From assembly GCA_000004695.1 (NCBI GenBank), contig CM000151.3, positions 288,001-352,000 of the forward strand: a DNA stretch of 64,000 nt, written 5' to 3'. How positions within the stretch are numbered: position 1 is the first letter of the stretch; each line of letters starts with the position of its first letter. The DNA is from Dictyostelium discoideum (lineage: Eukaryota). Made by a program: the position numbers and the translations under genes. Of the stretch, positions 11,760 through 21,489 are shown piece by piece. The notes below the pieces were generated by a model. That model had not been told where the DNA came from. It did no database searches and worked only from the letters and a program-made list of their open reading frames with translations.

Positions 11760-11885
11760 ACAGTTAATTAATCCCATGAGTTTCTATTTGTTTATATTTG
11801 AGATGATTATTAATTAAATGACTTTGACTTTTTTCTTTTTTCTATGCCAAAATTACCATATTAATTTCAGCATATACATAGCTGC
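11760..11885 (+). repeat. Solo end fragment of the palindromic-end MITE family
   Basis: TTAATTAATCCCATGAGTTT..ATTTGAGATGATTATTAATTAAATGACTTTGA..CTATGCCAAAATTACCATATTAATTTCAGC matches the 4110-4290 terminus. No partner end nearby. Confidence 0.5.
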
Positions 11886-11936
11886 CAATGTGGTGTTCAA
11901 TTCATTCTAGATAATTTAAATAGTAACTATTATTAA

Positions 11937-12050
11937 CTATTTCTTTATTACTGTTGTGAAATATGGAATATTAATATTATTTATTTCTTGAATATATTCA
12001 TTATCATTAGTTTCAATTTTAATTTCTTTTAAAGTAATGTTATTTGATTT

Positions 12051-12126
<76 letters not shown>

Positions 12127-13916
12127 ATTGAAATATTATTTATTAAATTTTTAAATTCTTTAACAAAATCACAAACTAATTCGTTTTTATTGAATTCAAA
12201 TATTAATGAATATAATTGTAATTTAAAAATATTATTTAATATTAAATTAAATATGAATTTTAATTGATTTAATTCATTCAATTTAATTTTATAATGTCTA
12301 ATTGATGTTAATGGTGATGAAAATATATTATCAAATAAATATTGATTAATTGAAATAGGTTCTTGATGTAATTCATTACCGCTATAACTTGGTTTTGAAG
12401 AGTAAACAATGAAATCACTACCATATAAATATAAATATTTAATTGATTTATTATTTAATAAATTTGAAAATGTATTGATATTTAATAAACCACAACAATC
12501 AAATTCAATTCTTTCAATTGATGTATTTAATTCTGAAAATAATGGTTTAAATGAATTTGAAAATGATTCTATAGTTTCGTTTATTTTATTAGCAAAAATT
12601 TCATGATCAGCTCCCTTACAATCACGATAATATAAACCTTCATAATCAATTGGAGAATATTTTGAACTTACTGATGAGATATTTAAATTCTTTAAAGATT
12701 TACTTGTAATAAATGAATTGATCATTTGATTTAATTCTGTATTAATATTTTCAGAGTTACCCGATTCTGATTTACTATTATAAAATCTAATAAATCCCAT
12801 ATCCTCAGATAAGTTTGATAATATTTGAAAAGAGCTAATTGGTATTGTAATTGAATGTAAATTTTCAAATTGATTAACTTTGGCTAAATGGAGAGGTTCA
12901 ACAAATTCATCATTATCAGGTTCAATTTGTACTTTAATTGATTCAACTTGTTGACCTGAATTATCTGGATCAAATAATGCTGAATAATTGACATGTGTAG
13001 GCATATCACTACAAGTATCAGATCCATCATAAAATATATTTCTACCTTTGAAAATTTTGAATATCTTTACTGTTTCTTCATCATTACCTACTTCTCCATC
13101 AAAACCTGCAATTGATAAATTATTTAAATATAATTCAGTACATTTCTTACCACCTTTATCAGTATCATGATCACCTTCCTCCTCTTCAGAGTTTGGGCTA
13201 TAACCATTATCCAAACAAAAATCAATATTTAATTCTAATATTTTAAATAATTTTGATATGACTTCTGAATTTTCATTTGATACATATTCATGTATTCTAA
13301 ATAAAGTTGTTTTATTATTATTACTATCATAATCAGCATCAACATTAACTACAATTCTATTATAAAGTAATTGATTATTTTCAAATTTATTTTTAATTTC
13401 TTTAAAATCATCAATTGTAATCTTATATAAAAATAAATTGATTTTAAAATAATCATTGATTATTGATTCTTTGATTTTTATAATTGAAAACTCTTTATTA
13501 AAACTAATTTTATTTTGTTGATAATTATAATCTTCATCTTTAAAAATTAAATTATTTTTATCATATTGATTTTGATTATTATAATTTTCAATAAATGATT
13601 TATTTTTATTATTATAATTAATTTTTAACCAATGTTCAAATAATTTATTATCAATAATATTATTTGATATTGTTAATGATATAAAATTATACCACTTTTT
13701 TGAAACTAATATATAATTTAATATTTCATTTCTATAAAAATAAAATTTATTAATTTTATATATATTAATAGTATTATTATTTAAATTATTATTTTTATTT
13801 TTATTTTTTTTGCTAGTTAATAAATAGTTGATTATAGATTTTAAAATTTCAAAATCAATAATATCTTGAAATATTTTATTGTTATTATTTGTTTTTATTT
13901 TTTTACTTGTTGACAT
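11937..13916 (-). CDS. Paralog-array family member 4 (659 aa, intact), the only inverted copy; carries a (CAA)n-encoded polyQ tract of about 26 Q
   Basis: Intact ORF on the minus strand with the family motifs. A (TTG)n/(CAA)n microsatellite at 12050-12125 encodes QQQ...Q just before the C-terminal SNNITLKEIKI motif. Confidence 0.75.
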
Positions 13917-14227
13917 TATTATTTGTTAACATGATATGTTAAGAGTGAGTTTGAATTTTTAAAGTGTTTGAAAAAAAAAAAAGTAAAAAAAAAAAGAAAA
14001 AAAAAAAAAAAGTTGTGATTAGAGATGCTGGAAATGAAAAAAAAATAAAAAAAAAAAAAAAAAAAAATTTGGCAAAAAAAAAAAAAAATTGTTTTTTTTT
14101 ATTTTTTTTATTTTTTTTAAAAACAAGTTTAAACGATCCATCTTCTAATGGTAAAATGATGGGATCATTTAATTTTAATCTCTGAGTGCCGAAGAATTCC
14201 AATGGAGTATGAAGATGTTCAGTTGGT

Positions 14228-14708
14228 TCTATAGTTTTGTTTATAAATAAAAAAAGAGAGAATTTAATTAATTAATTAAAAATAATAATAATAATAATAA
14301 TAGTTTACCTTGGTAAGCTTTACTCAAATCATGTAGTTTTTGTTTCTTTAGTGGTGACTTTCTTTTGAGGCTAGAGTTGGATTTTGAATCTTCATCTGAC
14401 TCCGATTCTGATGGATCTGAATATTCTTCCTCATTGTCATTTGGGTTTGGTAATTGTGGTTGTGGTGGTGTTATTGTTGGTATTGTCTGTGCAGTAGATG
14501 CAGAAGGGACTTGAACGGTGATTGTGTGACTTTTTAAATCTGATGAAATTTTCTTTATCCTTTGGGTTAACGCAGTTTTGGTTCTTTTTTGTTGGAAATT
14601 AATATTTAAATTATTGAGAATATCGTCGGCAACCAAAGAAGGTTTTTTTAATAATTCGCTTTTAATATAATTATCTTCAGCTGGAGACCAATTTGAAGTT
14701 TTGGGCAT
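14228..14708 (-). CDS. Myb/SANT-like DNA-binding protein. Exon 1 is 14309..14708, then a GT..AG intron 14229..14308; exon 2 starts at 14228 and its 3' end is uncertain. Likely the accessory gene of a Harbinger/PIF-like transposon
   Basis: N-terminal WSPAEDNYIKSELLKK...KRTKTALTQRIKKI fits the W-x-EED Myb/SANT pattern, followed by an acidic Ser-rich tail. The splice donor CAAG|GTAAAC and acceptor CTATAG| join in frame to ...EPTEHLHTPLEFFGTQRLKLNDPIILPLEDGSFKL. It lies next to, and diverges from, a DDE_Tnp_4 fragment. Confidence 0.5.
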
Positions 14709-14731
14709 TCTTTAAATATAAAAATAAAATT

Positions 14732-14771
<40 letters not shown>

Positions 14772-14945
14772 AAAAAAAAAAGAAGTTTTGTCAAAATACT
14801 CTCCATTAGTTTTTTCAAAAAAAAAAAAATGCACATTTTTTTTAAAAAAAATTACAGTAACAATAAATTACTATAAGCTGCTCGTAATATTTTACGAGGG
14901 CAGCACCAAAAAAAAAGTCCAGTAACTTTTACACTAAAAAAAAAA

Positions 14946-15115
14946 GATTGATGGTATTAAAATTTATTCAGTCATAGACACCACATTATTTAATATTCAA
15001 AAACCAACTGATTTTCAAGATGTTTATTATTCACCAAAACACAAAAAACATGGCATCAAATTGGAAGTTGTATGCAACGTTTCAGATGGAAAAATCATTT
15101 GGGTATCAAATGGTG

Positions 15116-15183
<68 letters not shown>

Positions 15184-15319
15184 AAGAAACTAATTTTTTT
15201 TTTTAATTTTAGAATTTTATGGTGGGTCTGAACACGATATTACTATTTCAAGACATTCAGGTTTGGTTGATGGTGAATTTAATTTAGAGGAAGATGAAAA
15301 AATTTTGGCTTTCTATTAA
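14946..15319 (+). pseudogene. Harbinger/PIF-type DDE transposase (DDE_Tnp_4) fragment, N- and C-terminally incomplete
   Basis: IDGIKIYSVIDTT...YYSPKHKKHGIKLEVVCNVSDGKIIWVSN(E)FYGGSEHDITISRHS matches the Harbinger core (aIDGThi..YynrKg.ysiNvq.vcD..g.i..v..GwpGS.HD..vl..S). A 104-nt intron (15108..15211) made mostly of a 68-nt poly(A) separates ...VSN from EFYGGSEHD. No upstream catalytic N-terminus, and it stops about 30 aa after the HD motif. Confidence 0.6.
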
Positions 15320-15444
15320 TTAATAGAAACACTTTATCGATTATAAATAAAAATATTAAAATAACTAAAGATAAAAATGAAAATTTATAAAAAAAATTTA
15401 AATAATCATAAATAAAAGATAAAAATAAAAAGATATAAAAAAGA

Positions 15445-15475
<31 letters not shown>

Positions 15476-15583
15476 ATTCTTGTCATCAGTATTGTTACTA
15501 TAATTAATCCATGAGTTTTTTAATTATTGAATTTATATTTGAGAGATTATTATTTAAATGACTAAGAATTTTTTATTTTTTTT

Positions 15584-16540
15584 TTACTTACTATCATTAT
15601 AATCAGTAGCAGTATAGTTTATTGGGTCATCTAGCATTGATTTTAATCTATTATTATCTAATTTTCCTTCAAAATTTTCAATTTCTTGAATTGTTGTCGG
15701 AACTGATTCTAAAGATACTTTTAATAATATTATTGAAGTTGAAACTTGTTCTTTTTCTTTTTCTTTTTCTGATTCAGTTAATATCTTTAATTTTATTATT
15801 AATTTACAAGTGGTAATTAATCTTTTTAATGTTGATCTTTCATTAACCTGATATATAGTTTTGAGGTTTTTAATTATTAGATCAATTGTTAATTTACTAT
15901 TATTACAACTACTACTATTATTATTATTATTATTATCATTACCAATGTTATTTAAATAACATAATAATCCTTTAAAAATATTATCATTTTTTGGAATTTC
16001 ATCTAACTCGATTGATTTCTCACCAAAATCAGTGTTATTTAATGATGTTTCTAATGATGTTGATGATGGTGAGTTTGATTTTTTTAATTCTAAATTCTTT
16101 GATTGTATTATTGCAGTTGATACATAAATTGGTGAAGAGTAATAATACCTTTGAATTTTGAAAAAGTTTCTATTAAATTTGAAATCATTTTTAATTATTT
16201 CAAATAATTTCTTTAAATAAATTAAAATTAAATCTTTACGCCAACTAGATTGATCAGACTCTTTACGCCAACAAGTTTCACCAAATTCTAAATATCTACA
16301 ATTTCTATAAGCTTTTTCTTTTAAAATACTAATTTGATTTGAATCTATTAGTTTAGTTATTGACGATACTGAATCGTAACTAAATGAATATTGGTTATAC
16401 ATAAATGAGAATATCTTTTTATAAATTGCTTTATTTCTAAACAATTTCCAAAATAATATTTCAATTGGTTCTATATTATCTGTAATTGTTAATTTTATTG
16501 AATGAATTAGTATTTTCTTTTCGTTCATGTTCTTCTTCAT
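15584..16540 (-). CDS. ORF1-family protein (318 aa), intact short copy; transposon-associated, function unknown
   Basis: Intact ORF MKKNMNEKKILIHSIKLTITDNIEPIEILFWKLFRNKAIYKKIFSFM.... An identical N-terminal 150 aa occurs in the longer degenerate copy at 55222..57782. Family fragments at 58300-58400 and 63450-64000. Bounded downstream by a truncated palindromic-MITE terminus (15470-15580). Confidence 0.6.
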   Translation of the reverse strand: MKKNMNEKKILIHSIKLTITDNIEPIEILFWKLFRNKAIYKKIFSFMYNQYSFSYDSVSSITKLIDSNQISILKEKAYRNCRYLEFGETCWRKESDQSSWRKDLILIYLKKLFEIIKNDFKFNRNFFKIQRYYYSSPIYVSTAIIQSKNLELKKSNSPSSTSLETSLNNTDFGEKSIELDEIPKNDNIFKGLLCYLNNIGNDNNNNNNSSSCNNSKLTIDLIIKNLKTIYQVNERSTLKRLITTCKLIIKLKILTESEKEKEKEQVSTSIILLKVSLESVPTTIQEIENFEGKLDNNRLKSMLDDPINYTATDYNDSK

Positions 16541-17424
16541 ATTCTCTTTTTCTTTTTTTTTACAATTTTAATCCTTTCAATTATTTCTTGTTTATTTAAG
16601 TGATTTATTTCTATACAATATGATTTTGCAATTTCTTTAATTGATTTTAAATTCTTTTTCTCTAATTCACAATTATTATCATTATCTTTATCATCTTATT
16701 AATTAAAGATGACAAAAATAATTTAAATATATAAATTATTTTTCATTGTTGTGGTGGTGGGGGAAATTAAAAAATAAAAAAAAAAAAATATAAAAAAATA
16801 TAAAAAAAAATATAAAAAAAAAAATAAAAAAAAAAAAAAACAAATAAAAAACATTTTTATGGTGAAACGGATTTTATTTAGTTTTTTTTTTTTTTTTTTT
16901 TTTTTTCTATTTTATTTTTTTTTTTTACTATTTTATTAAATATTTATATTTAAAAAAAAAAAAAAAAAAAACATATAAAAAACATTTTGTAACACTTAAA
17001 AAAAAAAAAAAAAAAAAAAAAATTCAGCGACTCTATTATGGTTTTAAAAAAAAAATGGTAAGTCATAAATATTCACTTAAAATAAACAAAAGTTTTACAA
17101 TCTTTATTATGATATACTAATATTAATTTTAGAAAAAAAAAAAAAAAAAAAAAAATTTTAGTTTAGATTAAAAAATTTTAAAAATAAAGGAATTAAATGT
17201 TATTGAAAATTAAATAAAATTAAATTTATTTATTTATTTATTTATTTATTTATTTGTTTATTTATTTTTTATTTATTTAATGGAATTCCGTTTATATATT
17301 TTTTTTTAATGAAATTTCATTAATTTTTTTTCAATGAAATTTCAAACAAAGAAATAAGCAAATATATATTATTTGTTTATTTCTTTGTTTGAAATTTCGT
17401 TGAACATTATTTTTAAACGAATTC

Positions 17425-17550
17425 AAATGACTACATAACCCCTGTAAGCGGTTAGTATCCCCTTGTAATCCTTACAACCAGTGTAGCCCACAAATCCGGC
17501 CATTCGTCTTACAGGCCTATTAGCCGCTTACAGGGGTTACGTAGTCATTT
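17425..17550. repeat. GC-rich (about 55% GC) 126-bp palindromic element: 27-bp inverted repeats around a 71-bp core with three CTTACAGG motifs
   Basis: AAATGACTACATAACCCCTGTAAGCGG ... CCGCTTACAGGGGTTACGTAGTCATTTT. A second copy in inverse orientation lies at 54262-54400 with 5 substitutions, none compensatory. It stands out sharply in AT-rich surroundings. Confidence 0.55.
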
Positions 17551-18086
17551 TGCTCGTTGGGGGTGTAATTAATATTTATTTATATTTTTATTATGGGCTA
17601 ATTCTTTTTTTATTATTTAATGATAATTTTATATTAAAATATGATATATTATTAATTAATATTAATTTGTTAAAAATTTTATTATATTATAATCTCTTTA
17701 TAAAAAGTGAGAAATTATGTGTCATAAAATATCTAATAAAATAATGAATTTTCTAAAATTTTTTTTTCCAGCGAATAATAAAAAAAAAAAAACTGTTTTT
17801 GTTAACAATGGGGTGAAGATGATTTATTGTAATTTTTTAATAATTTTAGTTCTGTTTTTTTTTTAATGGAGATATGAGAGAGATTATTATGATATTTTGA
17901 ATGATTGGATCATAGTAATAAAACAATATTTTTAATTTTTTTCTTTTTTTTTTTTCTTTTCATTCTTTTTTTTTTTCTTTTCATTCTTTTTTTTTAGTAC
18001 TTAATCTTTTTTTTTTTCATCTTTCAAAATAAAAAAAAAATATTTATATAAATTTTAACTTTAAATTAAAATAAATAAATTTTAGA

Positions 18087-18509
18087 ATGGCTGAAGAATA
18101 TCATCAATTGAAAATTACAATATTTACTGATAAAGGGAGATCAACAATAAGTGGTTTTGGTAAGTTAATTAGAATTATTAATTTATAAATATTTAATTTT
18201 AGTTTATATATTAAAAAATGTAACATTTAATTTCATTCTTCTGGCTTTTTTAAAAATATAGAGTATCCTCAACCTATATTACCTTATCCTGCACCATATA
18301 CTTTTAGATTTTTTCATTACGATATTGAAGGCCCAAATTTAACCAACAAAGAATTTAAAGTAAAAACAGGTAAAATTGAATACAAAGGAGAAGAATTTGA
18401 TATTCCTCCATCATCTAAGGGCTCATGGAGAAGAGAAGATAACCTATTCGATTTAATCTCTGTTACAATATATCCAAGTAGACAACCAAAAAAAGTTTTT
18501 CATTATTAG
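18087..18509 (+). CDS. Small two-exon gene (about 106 aa), hypothetical protein. Exon 1 is 18087..18159, intron 18160..18261, exon 2 18262..18509
   Basis: ATG..GGTTTTG|GTAAGTT donor and TATAG|AG acceptor. The spliced frame gives MAEEYHQLKITIFTDKGRSTISGFEYPQPILPYPAPYTFRFFHYDIEGPNLTNKEFKVKTGKIEYKGEEFDIPPSSKGSWRREDNLFDLISVTIYPSRQPKKVFHY*. A diverged paralog with the same exon/intron structure lies at 53330..53751 (-). Confidence 0.6.
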
Positions 18510-18766
18510 ATCTTAAAAACAGATCTGAAACAATGAAAACAAAAATAAAAAATTTTAAAATTTTTTCATAATTGAATTGATATAAAAAAAAAATTATGAT
18601 TAAAAAAAAAATATGTGTGGAAAAAAAAAAAAATTAAAAATAAAAAATATATTTGTTTATGGTGTTATGTTTTTTGGTAAGGTTTAAAGTGATCAAAAAA
18701 TTATCATTCAAACTTGTATACCAGTGTTCGACCTTTTTCCACATTTGGAAAAAAAGGGTGTCTTTT

Positions 18767-19420
18767 TTAATTTCCCTTCCATTCCATGTTTTTGTTTGAT
18801 TGAGTTGTGATTCCACCATTATTGGAAGTTGTTGCAGCTTCATGTGTTGATCTAACTTCGGTGGTAGAGTGCTCGATTGCTTTTCCAACTAGGTCATCTG
18901 TTGATTTTCTTTTGGTTATTTCGATATCCCTTTGCAATTTATTTTTACTTGAGAGTTTGGTGGCCTCTATTCTAGAAGTAGGCTCAGTATTGTAATAAGC
19001 CTTTATAATAGCAGAATGATTATCTGCTTTATAATGATTACTGATGTGCTGTTGACACTGGTTTTGATTAATCATATGAGAGACACCATCTTCATCTTTG
19101 TTAAGCCTAACCTTCTCTATAATCTTCACTAAGTCTTTTGGGTACCAATTTTTTCTTTTTATCTTTATCAATATAAAACACTTCTTTAATAGTTGCCGTA
19201 CCATATTCTACATTCTCAACAACATACTGTTTATCCAAAATGTTTTTCCAATAGCTTATATTTTGTCCACTCAATTTGGTATTATGAAATTTATAATCTA
19301 TTTTAAATTTTACATCTTCGTCATATTTTTCCAAGAGTTTTTTTAATTTATTTTTATTATTTTTTCAATTTCTGTTGCAGAAAGTTGATTATTTAATTTA
19401 TTGTCTTTACTGAAGACCAT
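18767..19420 (-). pseudogene. ORF-T: repeat-associated coding region split across two overlapping frames (19107..19334 and 18767..19204); probable transposon ORF with a frameshift
   Basis: The MEKYDEDVKFKIDYKFHNTKLSGQ...LVPKRLSEDYREG frame ends where the frame-shifted MVRQLLKK...RLNKDEDGVSHM...EATTSNNGGITTQSNKN frame is already open. A third upstream segment (MVFSKDNKLNNQLSATEIEKIIKIN*) needs another +1 shift. A mirror copy at 60955..61697 (+) has the same frame breaks. Confidence 0.4.
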
Positions 19421-19620
19421 TTTTTGGAACGAAAACTTTAAAAAAATAAAAAAATAAAAAAAAAAATACTTTTTTTTTTTAATTTTTTTTTTTATATTTT
19501 TTTTTTTATATTTTTTTTTTTTAAATTTTTTTTTTTAATTTTTTTTTTTTATTTTATTTTTTTAAAGTTTCGAACAATTATATATAAAAAAAAAGTAAAA
19601 GATATCCCTTCGGTTAATTA

Positions 19621-19689
<69 letters not shown>

Positions 19690-19698
<9 letters not shown>

Positions 19699-20155
19699 TT
19701 CGAAATGTTTAAACAATCATACAGTTTAAAATTAAATAAATTGTTTTAAACCACCACTTTTTTTGAACACATGAAAATAAATAAGATATAAAAATAATAA
19801 GATAAAAAAAGATTTTTTTTTTTTTTTTTTTTTATTTTATAATTATTCTTGTCGTCAGTATTGTTACTATAATTAATCCCATGAGTTTTTTTTATTATTA
19901 TTTTTAATTCTTTTATATTTGAGATGATTATTATTAATTAAATGACTTTGAGTTTTTTTTTTTATTTTTCTATGCCCAAAATTACCATATTAATTTCAGC
20001 AGCCATATTAATTTCAGCCTAAAATAGTTGGTCTGTGCATGCCAAAATTAATATGGCTGCTGAAATTAATATGGTAATTCTAGCAGACATAAGTCCCATG
20101 CCAAAATTACCATATTAATTTCAGCAGCCATATTAATTTTGGCATGGGACACACA
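19690..20155 (+). repeat. Terminus of the palindromic-end MITE family, capping the 15.4-20.2 kb duplicated block
   Basis: Matches the 3955-4420 subterminal and terminal sequence, including the double palindrome ...CCATATTAATTTCAGCAGCCATATTAATTTCAGC...GTCCCATGCCAAAATTACCATATTAATTTCAGCAGCCATATTAATTTTGGCATGGGAC. Preceded by (AAT)n at 19621-19690. Confidence 0.55.
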
Positions 20156-21069
20156 CTACTACTATGATTCAACCAAATCAATATTCAACATTTAAATTAG
20201 AATTAATAGTATTAAAACAAGAATTTTCATTAATGTTCATTAAATTTAGAACGTAGTTTGAAATCATAGAATCATGACCCAACCACTGACTAGTAGTTTA
20301 AATCCATTCTCAAGTAATCATTCCAAATTATCACCACCAGCACCAAATGCAACATCAACTACAACATCAAATCAGCAGCATCTCAATCGAAACAATTGCA
20401 GCTCATGAATCAATTCTTACTCTTCAAATCTAGCCAGTAAATGGTATCTCTGAAAATGAGACAAAATCTCAACAAGCCACCCCAGAGAATTAGATTAGAG
20501 CTCTGAAGTTGATTGATGCAACCCATTGTTATCACAGGTGGTAAATCTGTAACAATATTTTCAACCATATGGTTAATATGAATAAATTTTATTATCTATA
20601 ATTAAAGGTTGTTGATTTAATCTATCGTTATTATTAATTTTATCTATTGATAAATCTAGTAGTATATCTCTTATCTCGTCTAATCTTTTTTTTGCAGTTT
20701 TTTGTGAAATTTTAAAAATAAATGATAAATTATCCATAGTAGGATAATTTTTTATAAAATAAAAAAATAATAATTTGAAATTTTTATTTTATTTTATTTT
20801 TCTTCGTTTATTGATCCATATATTTTAATAAAGGAAATTTTATCTACCCAAAATAAGGAGCGAAATTCCCTTTAATATATTCTCTAAGGAATTATATGTT
20901 TCCATTCTTTAATAATAATTCATTAAAATTAAAAAAAAAAAAAAAATTTAAAAAAAATAAAAAAAAAAAAAGACTTTTAAAATTGAATATGAAAATGGTG
21001 ATAATTATGCCATTATTGAATTTGTACTCTATGATAAATTTAATGGTCAAGAAATTTTAAACAAATGGG

Positions 21070-21112
<43 letters not shown>

Positions 21113-21489
21113 TTTTCTTTAATTTTACTGGCAATTAATATCTATCACACCACCAAAAAAAATACCCCATAATTTACATTCCTTTTAAAAAATTATGTAA
21201 AATGTATGTAAATTCATATTATTTTTTGAGTAGTTTTTTAATTTTTTAAGTTGTCGTGGAATTTTTTTATTTTATTTTTTTTTGTTTTTTTATTTTGTTT
21301 TTTTTTTTTTTATTTATTTTTTTTAATTTTTTATTTTCATTAATCCAAAAGGCTTTAAGTATCGATTTCTCTTTTATTTATTCTATTATATTATGTTCTA
21401 ATTTTTGTTGTAGACTTGTTCCGCAACTACAACATTAACTGTGTCACACCCAAACAAATAAAATTAAAAAAAAGATAAAAATAATAATA

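Noticed and set aside
13939-14202. 87-aa ORF and the overlapping 13964..14185 (+) ORF
   Set aside because: Only the 5' part (about 14040-14202, EFFGTQRLKLNDPIILPLEDGSFKL) is plausibly exon 2 of the Myb-like gene. The rest is poly(A/T) read-through. The + strand ORF is poly-K junk.
17550-17744. 64-aa Leu/Ile/Tyr-rich ORF (and its mirror 54081..54275)
   Set aside because: Pure AT-rich low-complexity translation next to the GC-rich palindrome. It is duplicated only because the whole block is duplicated.
20160-20760. Moderately GC-richer stretch after the MITE terminus with short ORFs (for example minus-strand MDNLSFIFKISQKTAKKRLDEIRD...)
   Set aside because: No ORF of 60 aa or more, no recognisable motif, no second copy in the window. 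Possibly degraded coding sequence, but it cannot be supported.
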